A DNA stretch of 64,000 nt from the NCBI GenBank assembly GCA_027315405.1, contig DAHUYB010000057.1, positions 8,380 to 72,379 of the forward strand, in the 5' to 3' direction. The position numbers and the translations under genes were made by a program. The notes below the pieces were generated by a model that worked only from the letters and a program-made list of their open reading frames with translations, did not search any database and was not told the DNA's origin. This document shows, one piece after another, positions 40,229-50,893 of this stretch. Numbering within the stretch: the stretch's first letter is position 1; each line of letters begins with the position of its first letter. This stretch comes from Gammaproteobacteria bacterium (lineage in GTDB: Bacteria > Pseudomonadota > Gammaproteobacteria > Natronospirales > REEB76).

Positions 40229-40981
40229 ATGGCGATCGCATTCCTTGTCATCATCATCATTCTTGCCAGCATTGTCTTCAGCGCTCTCAAAGTCCTGAAG
40301 GAATATGAACGTGGCGTAATCTTCACTTTCGGACGCTTCGATAAGGTTAAAGGACCTGGCATCATCCTCGTTATCCCGCTTGCGCAGCAAATGAGCAGGG
40401 TGGACCTGCGTACCGTGGTCATGGAGGTACCGCCCCAAGACGTGATCTCCCGGGACAATGTATCGGTGAAAGTCAATGCGGTCATCTACGTGCGCATCAT
40501 TGACCCGGAGAAGGCCATTATCCAGGTGGCGGACGTTTTCGAGGCCAGCAGCCAATTAGCCCAGACAACACTGCGATCGGTGCTTGGCCAACATGAACTG
40601 GACGACATGTTGGCGGCCCGCGACAAACTGAATGTCGATATCCAGGGCATCCTCGATCAGCACACGGATGCCTGGGGCATGAAAGTCACCAACGTGGAAA
40701 TCAAACAGGTGGATTTGGACGAAAACATGGTGCGCGCCATCGCCAAACAAGCTGAGGCAGAACGCCAGCGTCGCGCCAAGGTCATCAATGCGGAAGGTGA
40801 ACTGCAAGCCTCACAGAAACTGATGGAAGCCGCCCAGACACTGATACAACAGCCCCAGGCTATCCAATTGCGCTATCTGCAAACGCTGGTGGAAATCGCA
40901 AGCGACAAGAGCAACACCATCGTGTTTCCCTTGCCCATGGATTTGATCGAACCCCTGTTGTCGAAACTCAAGAGCAAGTGA
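40229..40981 (+). CDS. Stomatin/SPFH (slipin) protein
   Basis: [34 protein letters not shown]. Confidence 0.93.
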   Translation: MAIAFLVIIIILASIVFSALKVLKEYERGVIFTFGRFDKVKGPGIILVIPLAQQMSRVDLRTVVMEVPPQDVISRDNVSVKVNAVIYVRIIDPEKAIIQVADVFEASSQLAQTTLRSVLGQHELDDMLAARDKLNVDIQGILDQHTDAWGMKVTNVEIKQVDLDENMVRAIAKQAEAERQRRAKVINAEGELQASQKLMEAAQTLIQQPQAIQLRYLQTLVEIASDKSNTIVFPLPMDLIEPLLSKLKSK

Positions 40982-41048
40982 TTCGACATGCAAGCCGCAA
41001 CAGGATCGCATAAACGGTGCTGTTTCGGCTACTTGCTGGTGTACTACG

Positions 41049-41987
41049 TTAGCGCGCGGCGTAAGCCAAACTAAAGGCCCCCGGCCCGACATGAATACCC
41101 GCCGTGGTGCTCATGACCGATAACATGGTCTCAATCTTATTACCCATGGCGCATTGGATGAATTCTTCGTAGCCGGGAAACGCTTTCACTTCTTCGGGGT
41201 TACCGGCATAACTCATGCATACCACCTTGGAAAGCAGCCCGCTTTCTATGGCTTCGATGGCCATTTCGAACAGTTTGCGCACGGCATTTCCATAGCCACG
41301 TATGTTAGCCACCGCTTCCGTCTCGCCGCGATACGCCCTGAGGATGGGTTTGATATCAAGCATGGTGCCCATCTGGTATTTGAACCAGCCGACACTCCTG
41401 TCGCCCTTTTGGTGAGCACGGCTACGCACATAAAAAAGATCCTGAGGGATCACATAGGCCTTCACATGTTGAGAGAAGCTTTCCACATGCTGGCGCAGCT
41501 TATCGAACATGATGTCATCCTGGCCGCGGATGGCGCGCAGCGCCTCATATACCACTACCGCTTGTCCGGTAAATAACGTCTTGCTGTCAATCACGCGTAA
41601 AGCGAATTGCTCGTCCAGGCCGGCGGCACGGCGACGTTCCTTGTAGCCGGAAAGGATCATGAACGATGCCTGAGTGGCATTCTCAAAAACCGGACTGCGG
41701 CGGCTGGAAGCGGTAATCACCAGCACCCGATCGTATTTGAGCACTAATTGATCCAAAAACAGATCGCGGATGGCCTTGGTGGACATGGGTGTGGTGGAAA
41801 TTTCCAAATCTTTTGCCGCCACGAAACGCCGGTAAAGGTCCATGGTTTGCTCTGGGTCGCGTATATCCTTGAAGGTCATGGTGCTGAAAGTCATCATCAC
41901 CGGCATGATCTCAAGGCCCTGCTGTTCAATGAACGAACGCGGTAAATCACACGCCGAATCAATAACCAAGCCGATTTTTTGCGGCAT
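41049..41987 (-). CDS. DegV/FakB fatty-acid-binding family protein
   Basis: IDSACDLP, IDSK, LDIKPIL, HVGPGA. Confidence 0.9.
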   Translation of the reverse strand: MPQKIGLVIDSACDLPRSFIEQQGLEIMPVMMTFSTMTFKDIRDPEQTMDLYRRFVAAKDLEISTTPMSTKAIRDLFLDQLVLKYDRVLVITASSRRSPVFENATQASFMILSGYKERRRAAGLDEQFALRVIDSKTLFTGQAVVVYEALRAIRGQDDIMFDKLRQHVESFSQHVKAYVIPQDLFYVRSRAHQKGDRSVGWFKYQMGTMLDIKPILRAYRGETEAVANIRGYGNAVRKLFEMAIEAIESGLLSKVVCMSYAGNPEEVKAFPGYEEFIQCAMGNKIETMLSVMSTTAGIHVGPGAFSLAYAAR

Positions 41988-42263
41988 GAACGAACTCCTC
42001 AATATAACCCTTCACATCCCAGCTGCCGCATAAAGCCCCAGAAGCCGGAACCACAGGAATATAGCCTAAAAATGACGCGGCTTCTAGAAATTCCCCTAGT
42101 TTTTCCGGGGCTTGCCCGATTTTATTGAGCTTAAATACGAACTCTGGGTAAATTCTCATCTATTACCGGGCGCACCAGCGCTTTGTCCGCATGCCAAGTC
42201 AGCTACTATTCACCCTCATAAAACGGCTTCGTTTCTAGCGCCGCCCTCATCTCCCGGCAGCCT

Positions 42264-42328
42264 GGACACTAAACAGCCCTCACCTATAAGGCGAGGGGTT
42301 TCCACCATCCCCGAAGGGGACGCTAAAC
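42264..42328 (-). mobile_element. IS200/IS605 end-like miniature element
   Basis: Minus strand: gtttagcgtcc ccttcggggatggtg gaaac ccctcgcct-tat-aggtgaggg ct gtttagtgtcc; two G-U-containing hairpins between 10/11 bp direct repeats. Confidence 0.45.
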
Positions 42329-42366
42329 TCCCGGATAAACCCGCCCTCTCCAGGGACAGTGCACTC

Positions 42367-42780
42367 TCAGGATTCGTCGTGCTTCGCCTGCACCCAGAGT
42401 GCATCCATTTCACCAAGAGTGGCCTGTTCCGGGCATTTACCCTGTTTCGCCAATTCGGTTTCAACGATACCGAAACGACGCTGGAATTTCCGGTTGGTGC
42501 CACGCAGTGCCTGTTCAGGGTCGAGCTTCAGCTTGCGCGCTAGATTGACCACGGCGAACAGCAAATCACCCAACTCGTCTAACTTGCGCTCTCGCGGCCC
42601 ATCACCGCTGATTTCCGTTTCCAGTTCGATCAGCTCCTCGCGGATTTTTGCCAACACCGGCGGTAACTGGCACCAGTCGAAACCCACACGAGCGGCCCGC
42701 TGCTGAAGCTCCAGCGCGCGTGCCAATTCCGGCAAATCCGGTAGCACGCCATCGAACACGCTGCCTTCCAAGTCTTTCAC
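42367..42780 (-). CDS. Single-domain MazG-like NTP pyrophosphohydrolase (C-terminal half)
   Basis: AARVGFDW, KIREELIEL, ELGDLLF, DPEQALR.TNRKF.RRF, LWVQAK. Confidence 0.85.
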   Translation of the reverse strand: MKDLEGSVFDGVLPDLPELARALELQQRAARVGFDWCQLPPVLAKIREELIELETEISGDGPRERKLDELGDLLFAVVNLARKLKLDPEQALRGTNRKFQRRFGIVETELAKQGKCPEQATLGEMDALWVQAKHDES

Positions 42781-43406
42781 GCTGCCTCCGAGTGCTCCAA
42801 TATGTTAAGAAAATTCACCAGCATAGCCGCCGTTGCACCCCAGATAGCATGCTGCTGGTACTCGAATAGGTAATAGCCAACATCGCGGTCACCCACATGG
42901 CGCGCTCGTACCTGGCGATTGGCGGGATCACGCAAAAATGCCAGTGGCACCTCAAAAACCTCCGCGACTTCCAAAGGATCGGGCTGCAGATGGAAATCAG
43001 GTTGCACCAGTCCAACGATTGGCGTGACTGCGTAGCCGCTGATGGTGAGATAGCCATCCAGAAAACCCACGGCTTCCACGAAGCGCCGTTCCAGTCCGGT
43101 TTCTTCTTCCGTTTCCCGCAATGCGGTTTGCACCAGATCGGAATCCTTCACCTCGCGGCGGCCGCCGGGAAAGCTCACTTGACCGGCATGGTCCAGCAGG
43201 CCCTCGGTACGCTGAGTCAGGAGGATGGTCGCTTCCTGGGGGTGCAGAATTACGGGTACCAATACCGCCGCGGGTTTCCAGGGCCGGTTCGGCTGCAGAC
43301 TGGCGGGTAAATCCCCCAACCGGCGTTGAGAGATGAAATCCCGGGGCGGCTGCGAACCTTTGAGCGCATGTCGGATCAATTCATAATCACTATTAATTGC
43401 TTGCAT
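42777..43406 (-). CDS. nudL: CoA pyrophosphatase, Nudix family
   Basis: AAVLVP, LTQR..HAGQVSFPGG, Nudix box, IWGATA. Confidence 0.9.
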   Translation of the reverse strand: MQAINSDYELIRHALKGSQPPRDFISQRRLGDLPASLQPNRPWKPAAVLVPVILHPQEATILLTQRTEGLLDHAGQVSFPGGRREVKDSDLVQTALRETEEETGLERRFVEAVGFLDGYLTISGYAVTPIVGLVQPDFHLQPDPLEVAEVFEVPLAFLRDPANRQVRARHVGDRDVGYYLFEYQQHAIWGATAAMLVNFLNILEHSEAA

Positions 43407-43440
43407 ATCAATAAGTTATATATAATTCTTTATAAAGAAC

Positions 43441-44832
43441 TTAATTATTTTTTATACCACCACGGGTGAGTGCCGCAGGATCCAACAGCGCTTTCAGGCG
43501 GGCTTCCGGGATATCGGTCATCTGCTTGGCGACCTCCAAGATAGGCCGGTTTTCTTGGTAGGCCTGCTTGGCGATAGCCGCACCCTTTTCATAGCCAATC
43601 ACCGGATTCAAAGCCGTCACCAAGATAGGGTTCCTGTCCAGAGCTTCCTTGAGGTGTGCCTCCTGCACACTGAAGCCCGCGATCGCGCTGTCCGCCAATA
43701 CCCGTGCCGAATTTGCCAGCAATTCAATGCCTTGTAACAGGTTATAGGCGATGATCGGCAGCATGACGTTCAATTGAAAGTTGCCTGATTGCCCCGCAAC
43801 GGTGATGGTCAGGTCATTGCCGATCACCTGAGCCGCCACCATGGTGATCACTTCCGGAATCACCGGATTTACCTTGCCGGGCATAATGCTGGAACCCGGT
43901 TGCAATGCCGGCAGTGCGATTTCTCCCAACCCCGCCAGGGGTCCGCTGTTCATCCAGCGCAGGTCATTGGCAATCTTCGTCAGGCTCACCGCCAGGGTTT
44001 TCAACTGACCGGACAACTCCACCGCCGTGTCCTGACAGCTCAGGGACTCGAAATAATTTTCACTGCTCCGGAATGGGATGCCGGTGCGCTTGCTCAGCTC
44101 GGTGGCAACGCGTTTGCCGAATTCCGGATGGGCATTGATGCCGGTGCCCACGGCTGTGCCGCCCTGGGCCAGCGCCTGCAGCCGGGTCAGGACTGCCTCA
44201 ATACGCGCCATCCCTTGCCGTATCTGGGCGGCCCAGCCCGATAGTTCCTGGCCAAGGGTCACCGGCATGGCATCCATGAGATGTGTGCGCCCGGTAATCA
44301 CCACCTTGGAAGTTTCGTGCGCCTTCGCTCCAATAGTCTCGGCCAAGTGCTGCAGCGCCGGTAACAAGCGTTCCTTGAGTTCCAGCATCGCGCTCACATG
44401 GATGGCGGTGGGGATGGTGTCGTTGCTACTCTGGCTCATGTTCACATGGTCGTTGGGATGTACCGGCTGCCCGCTTTTCTCCGCAGCCAGATGAGCAATC
44501 ACCTCATTAGCGTTCATATTGGTACTGGTGCCGGAGCCGGTCTGAAATACGTCAATGGGAAAATGCCGGTCGTGCTTGCCTTCAGCCACCGCCAGTGCCG
44601 CCGTTTCAATGGCTTTCGCGCGGAGCGCATCCAGCATACCCAGATCCTGATTGACGCTGGCGGCGGACGCCTTGATGAGCCCCAGGGCACGGATGAAGGC
44701 ACGTGGCATCATCAAGCCGCTAATGGGGAAATTCTGCAGGGCGCGCTGGGTCTGCGCTCCCCAACGGGCGTCGCTGGGTACCCGAAGTTCACCCATGCTG
44801 TCATGTTCAACCCGGTAAGCTTTCTCGGACAT
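43441..44832 (-). CDS. fumC: Class II fumarate hydratase
   Basis: GAQTQR, QTGSGTSTNMN, HPND, GSSIMPGKVNP. Confidence 0.95.
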   Translation of the reverse strand: MSEKAYRVEHDSMGELRVPSDARWGAQTQRALQNFPISGLMMPRAFIRALGLIKASAASVNQDLGMLDALRAKAIETAALAVAEGKHDRHFPIDVFQTGSGTSTNMNANEVIAHLAAEKSGQPVHPNDHVNMSQSSNDTIPTAIHVSAMLELKERLLPALQHLAETIGAKAHETSKVVITGRTHLMDAMPVTLGQELSGWAAQIRQGMARIEAVLTRLQALAQGGTAVGTGINAHPEFGKRVATELSKRTGIPFRSSENYFESLSCQDTAVELSGQLKTLAVSLTKIANDLRWMNSGPLAGLGEIALPALQPGSSIMPGKVNPVIPEVITMVAAQVIGNDLTITVAGQSGNFQLNVMLPIIAYNLLQGIELLANSARVLADSAIAGFSVQEAHLKEALDRNPILVTALNPVIGYEKGAAIAKQAYQENRPILEVAKQMTDIPEARLKALLDPAALTRGGIKNN

Positions 44833-44916
44833 ACACTTCTCCCGGAGAAATGAATTGAGATTCGATATGTAACATCCTGATTTCAGGATATAATAACTTC
44901 CAATATGTTGAGGTAA

Positions 44917-46356
<1,440 letters not shown>

Positions 46357-46359
46357 TGC

Positions 46360-47526
46360 ATGAATCGCGTTACGCGTCTCGGTAACCTGACAACGCGGAC
46401 TTTTCTCAATCGCCATTGGCAGAAATCACCGCGCCTCATTCGTAAGGCATTCCCGAAGCTTATATCGCCCATTTCAGCTGATGAACTGGCAGGCTTGGCA
46501 TGCGAGCCCGGCGTCGAATCCCGGCTGGTCATTAAAATCCGGCGACAACCCGGGTGGCTGGTGCGCCATGGACCCTTTACAGTGCAGGAGTTCCGTACAC
46601 TTCCTGAGAAACACTGGACCCTGCTGGTACACGACACTGACAAGCAGCTGCCGGAACTTGCGGATTTTTTGACGCACTTTCAATTCATACCCAACTGGCG
46701 CATAGATGATCTCATGATCAGTTATGCCCCCGATGGCGGTTCCGTGGGCCCGCACGTGGATGCCTATGACGTGTTCCTGCTGCAGGTCCAGGGTCGGCGA
46801 CGCTGGAGCATCAGCCGAAAACCCCAGGCGCCAGCAATCAAACCGGGATTGGAATTGAAACAGGTTCGCGCCTTCAAGCCACAACACACCTGGATACTGG
46901 AACCTGGGGATATGTTGTATCTGCCACCGGGCGTAGCCCACCACGGGGTCGCAGTGGGTAACTGCATGACTTTTTCGATAGGCTTCCGGGCACCCACGGA
47001 CGCCGAGATGCTCGCCGATTTGAGCAATCTACTGCTCATGCGCCTGGATAAGGAAGCACGCTATACCGATGCAAATCTGGCGCCAGCGGACACCGATCCG
47101 GGTTTGATAACAAAGCAGGCCCGGGCCACAATCCGTCAGCGTATGCGCGGCGCGCAACACCTGAGTTCCGGCAAGCTGGATGAATGGTTTGGACGTTTTA
47201 TTACCGAGCCAAAATCGTGGCTGGTACCCAACCCGCCGCGCCGATCTTTGACGCCAGCCGCATTGCGAACACAATTCGCTACCCGCAAAGAACTGGCGCG
47301 CGATCCGGCTGTCCGCATGGCTTGGTATGACGACGGAGCGCAACAAATAAAGATGTTTGTGAATGGCTGCTGCCATCCATTGCCCATGCGCCTGTCAGAG
47401 TTCGCGCGAATGCTATGCAGTCAGCGTCTCTATTCCTCACACCAGCTGGGATCCTGGATGCCCGACCGGGATGCAATCCGTTTGCTGGCGGAACTGTACA
47501 ACGCAGGAATGCTGTACTTTCCATGA
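46360..47526 (+). CDS. roxA: JmjC/cupin ribosomal protein uL16 hydroxylase
   Basis: WRIDDLMIS, GPHVDAYDVFL, PGDMLYLPP..HHG; follows purB. Confidence 0.88.
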   Translation: MNRVTRLGNLTTRTFLNRHWQKSPRLIRKAFPKLISPISADELAGLACEPGVESRLVIKIRRQPGWLVRHGPFTVQEFRTLPEKHWTLLVHDTDKQLPELADFLTHFQFIPNWRIDDLMISYAPDGGSVGPHVDAYDVFLLQVQGRRRWSISRKPQAPAIKPGLELKQVRAFKPQHTWILEPGDMLYLPPGVAHHGVAVGNCMTFSIGFRAPTDAEMLADLSNLLLMRLDKEARYTDANLAPADTDPGLITKQARATIRQRMRGAQHLSSGKLDEWFGRFITEPKSWLVPNPPRRSLTPAALRTQFATRKELARDPAVRMAWYDDGAQQIKMFVNGCCHPLPMRLSEFARMLCSQRLYSSHQLGSWMPDRDAIRLLAELYNAGMLYFP

Positions 47527-47929
47527 GCAGCTGATGCCTTTCGATACATAACGCTGATCACCGGTTGATATGCCAAGAGAATCGCGCCGTGTGCCATGCC
47601 CGCGTGAACAAACGGCAGGTTTCGGATGAGCTGGAACAAATCGGCGAGATGAGTATTGGCTGCGCGCACTTCCCGGGAGCGGCTGGCTGCCGGACACTAA
47701 GCCGACCGGCCGCTTGGCGGTGATTTCAAACTGGCATGATACCGGTGTAATCAGCGCTATCCTGCGCTCCCTGGTTACAGCGGCCCAGGTCCGGGGACAT
47801 GTAGAATGTTTTTTTAACCTGAGCTTATACCATTACACCCATGGCTTTGTGAAGCAGAGTGGAGAATTCATGAACCTCAATATCCCCTACTGTTATAGAG
47901 CATTGAAGTTTCGGGGCTCGAAACCATGA
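47523..47929 (+). pseudogene. Eroded YjcF/ElaA-like GNAT acetyltransferase
   Basis: GRLAVISNWHDTGVISAILRSL..HGFVKQSGEFMNLNIP; stops and frameshifts in the 5' half; ATGA overlaps retained at both ends. Confidence 0.7.
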
Positions 47930-48417
47930 ACACACGCTCACCTAATTACCGTGTACTGGCGAGTTCCGAAGAAAACCGCACTGCGGCCCTGGAACTAGCC
48001 TGTGGAGCCCGCATGACCCTGGCGCTGTTCACGCGGGATTTGGACCCGGTCATTTACGACACCCAGGAATTCGTGACGGCCGTGCAACAACTCGCGCTCC
48101 GCAGCCGTTACTCGCGCATTCGCATTGTCGCGATTGATCCTACTGCTGCAATCAAAGATGGGCACCGGCTGATCGAACTCGGCCGGCGGCTCAGCAGTTT
48201 CATTGAATTTCGCCGACCATCGCAGGAACACGCCAAGCTCTCCGAATCCTTGCTGATCGTCGACGAAACCGGCTTGCTGTACCGCCCAGTCGCCAGCCGC
48301 TATGAAGGCTTTGCCGATTCCGATAACGCCTTTGCAGCGCGTGCACGTTTGCGGGACTTCGATGAGATCTGGGAACAAGCGGAGCCGGAGCCGGAATTCC
48401 GACGCTTGGGACTGTGA
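47926..48417 (+). CDS. Conserved hypothetical protein
   Basis: LFTRDLDP, HRLIELGRRLSS, FDEIWE; recalled as the usual neighbour of roxA-GNAT loci. Confidence 0.75.
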   Translation: MNTRSPNYRVLASSEENRTAALELACGARMTLALFTRDLDPVIYDTQEFVTAVQQLALRSRYSRIRIVAIDPTAAIKDGHRLIELGRRLSSFIEFRRPSQEHAKLSESLLIVDETGLLYRPVASRYEGFADSDNAFAARARLRDFDEIWEQAEPEPEFRRLGL

Positions 48418-48480
48418 ATTCATGGACCAACTAATGGAGAGCAGAGTCATTGCTGTCGGGAAGCAAACGGCAGGGTTGCC

Positions 48481-48969
48481 ATGACCTGGAATCCGCACGT
48501 CACGGTGGCGGCGATCGCACAACAAGGGGATCGCTTCCTGGTGGTGGAAGAAAAAGTCCGCGGCACGCTGGTGATCAATAACCCCGCCGGACATCTGGAG
48601 GAAACCGAGAGTTTTGTCGATGCCGTGCGCCGCGAAACTTTGGAGGAAACCGGCTGGGAATTTGAGCCTGAGGCCGTCACCGGCATCTATCTTTGGAAGA
48701 ACCTGACTCTGGGAACCACGTTTCTGCGTGTCGCTTTCTGTGGCCATTGTACGCAACACCATCCAAACCGACCCCTGGATCTGGGTATCGTCGGGCCCCG
48801 CTGGTACACGCGCGCTGAATTGGACAACGCTGCTCTGACCTTGCGCAGCCCCCTGGTAACGCGCTGTATTGACGATTACCTTGCGGGACGGCGTTTCCCT
48901 CTTGACATGCTCACCTGCCTCGGGCAAATCGATATCCTCATGAACGATATGAGCGATGCGCGTGCTTGA
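48481..48969 (+). CDS. nudJ: Nudix hydrolase NudJ
   Basis: PHVTVA, PAGHLE..RETLEETG, LRSPLV; upstream of mnmA. Confidence 0.88.
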   Translation: MTWNPHVTVAAIAQQGDRFLVVEEKVRGTLVINNPAGHLEETESFVDAVRRETLEETGWEFEPEAVTGIYLWKNLTLGTTFLRVAFCGHCTQHHPNRPLDLGIVGPRWYTRAELDNAALTLRSPLVTRCIDDYLAGRRFPLDMLTCLGQIDILMNDMSDARA

Positions 48970-48997
48970 ATCAGCGGTGTCAGCGTAAAATAGCGGT

Positions 48998-50146
48998 ATG
49001 CATGCGCCTGTCAAAACCCGCGTAATTGTCGGCCTGTCCGGTGGCGTGGATTCGGCCGTCGCAGCCCTGCTCCTCAAAGAACAGGGTTATGCAGTGGAAG
49101 GCCTGTTCATGGACAACTGGGAAGACCAGGTGGAACAGCGCTACTGCACGGCGGCGGAGGATTTCCAGGACGCGCGCCAGGTATGCGAGCAGCTCGATAT
49201 CCCATTGCACAAGGCGAATTTTGCCGCCGAATACCGTGAGCGCGTTTTCCGCTATTTCCTGGATGAATATGCTGCCGGGCGCACGCCCAATCCTGATGTT
49301 TTATGCAACAGTGAAATCAAGTTCAAGGTTTTCCTGGACTATGCGCTACGCCTGGGTGCGAAACTCATTGCCACAGGTCACTATGCCCGTACGGAGAAGA
49401 CCGATGCCGGCCTACGGCTTATGCGCGCTGGCGATGCCGACAAGGATCAGAGTTATTTTCTGCACGCCGTATCCCAGGAAGCTCTGTCCATGAGCCTGTT
49501 CCCCGTAGGAGCCCTGCTTAAGCGGCAGGTGCGTGAGCGCGCCCGTAAGGCTGGTTTTGCCAACCATTCCAAGAAAGACAGCACCGGCATCTGCTTCATC
49601 GGCGAACGCAAATTCAGCGAATTCCTTGCCAAATACCTGCCTGCTGAACCGGGGAATATCGAGACGCCCCTGGGCGAAGTGCTGGGCACGCACCCAGGGC
49701 TCATGTATTACACCCTGGGCCAGCGTCAGGGACTCGGCATCGGCGGTCGCCGGGGCTCACCCGCAATACCCTGGTACGTGGCGGCTAAAGATCTTCGGCG
49801 CAATGCGCTGGTGGTCGTGCAAGATCATGACCACCCGTTGTTGCAGCAGCAGTCACTTATGGCAGACAAGCTTCATTGGATTTCTGGCGCCGCACCCGCG
49901 CCACAGTTTGATTGCACTGCCAAAAGCCGCTACCGTCAAATGGACCAGGCTTGCCATGTGACGATTATGAATACACAGCAGTGCCGGGTGAAATTCCACC
50001 GGCCGCAGCGGGCGCTAACGCCCGGACAATACGTGGTCTTTTATAGAGAGAACGAATGTCTGGGCGGCGGCGTCATCAACGAGGTGGGGCCGGTCATGAG
50101 CGGCAATCTGTCAGTTTCCGTTGTGCGCGCACGAAACGCCGCATGA
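48998..50146 (+). CDS. mnmA: tRNA 2-thiouridylase MnmA
   Basis: [35 protein letters not shown]. Confidence 0.96.
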   Translation: MHAPVKTRVIVGLSGGVDSAVAALLLKEQGYAVEGLFMDNWEDQVEQRYCTAAEDFQDARQVCEQLDIPLHKANFAAEYRERVFRYFLDEYAAGRTPNPDVLCNSEIKFKVFLDYALRLGAKLIATGHYARTEKTDAGLRLMRAGDADKDQSYFLHAVSQEALSMSLFPVGALLKRQVRERARKAGFANHSKKDSTGICFIGERKFSEFLAKYLPAEPGNIETPLGEVLGTHPGLMYYTLGQRQGLGIGGRRGSPAIPWYVAAKDLRRNALVVVQDHDHPLLQQQSLMADKLHWISGAAPAPQFDCTAKSRYRQMDQACHVTIMNTQQCRVKFHRPQRALTPGQYVVFYRENECLGGGVINEVGPVMSGNLSVSVVRARNAA

Positions 50147-50778
50147 ACCGGACATTGGCAGATCGGGTGCTGGCCCTGGCGGGCGTGGTCCAGGCCGCGG
50201 TTCTGGTTAATGATGTCGCCACGGGCCGACACGTCGATGAGAGCTCCCTGCAGGTTACCCTCGGCAGCATCCTCAAGACCGAAGCGGCGGATGTGCCGGA
50301 GGTATTTGGCGGCGTGCCCGGTCTCGGCTGCGGTTTGCAGCGGCTGGCCGGATTGCTGGGAGACCAGCACAACTCGGCTGACGTGGTGGTACTGCGCTAC
50401 ACCCTGAGCCTGCTGCAGCTACAGGGTAAAGTCATGCGCCGCCGCGCGCTCAAGCGGGTCCTCGACGATGGCATTAAACGCGCTCGCGACCAGTTTCGTC
50501 ATTTCGGGCCCACGCATGCCAATGTACTGGCCAATCTTGCGGATACCTACCTGCACAGCGCTGGCACCATCCAGCCACGCATTATGGTCACCGGCGATGC
50601 ACTGCATCTGCAGAACCAACGCATCATAAACATGGTGCGCAGTCTGCTGCTGGGCGGCTTGCGTGCGGCAGTGTTATGGCATCAGTGCGGAGGCTCTCGC
50701 TGGATGCTGTTATTTATGCGCGCCAGCTTGCACAAAGAGACCCAGCGCTTGTTGCGTGAATCCAGTGGTTACGCCTGA
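50143..50778 (+). CDS. hflD: High frequency lysogenization protein HflD
   Basis: [28 protein letters not shown]. Confidence 0.92.
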   Translation: MNRTLADRVLALAGVVQAAVLVNDVATGRHVDESSLQVTLGSILKTEAADVPEVFGGVPGLGCGLQRLAGLLGDQHNSADVVVLRYTLSLLQLQGKVMRRRALKRVLDDGIKRARDQFRHFGPTHANVLANLADTYLHSAGTIQPRIMVTGDALHLQNQRIINMVRSLLLGGLRAAVLWHQCGGSRWMLLFMRASLHKETQRLLRESSGYA

Positions 50779-50893
50779 GCTGCTGCTATCCGCCTCGTCT
50801 TTACCTTATAATTACACATCAGATTAAGTTCCGGGCTCGCCCATTATACCGCTGCACCGACAGCCACATTGCCCCTCTTTTTTCGGAGCAACC

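Noticed and set aside
42200-42360. Possible c-di-GMP-I riboswitch (ggggacgctaaac resembles GGGACGCAAA)
   Set aside because: Wrong strand for degV, no GGCAAA P1 start or tetraloop receptor seen; the IS605-end layout fits better
43406-43418. Perfect IHF consensus TATCAAtaagTTA
   Set aside because: Degenerate motif expected by chance in an AT-rich spacer
48986-49000. TAAAAT 6 nt before the mnmA ATG, suggesting a leaderless transcript
   Set aside because: No properly spaced -35; needs TSS data
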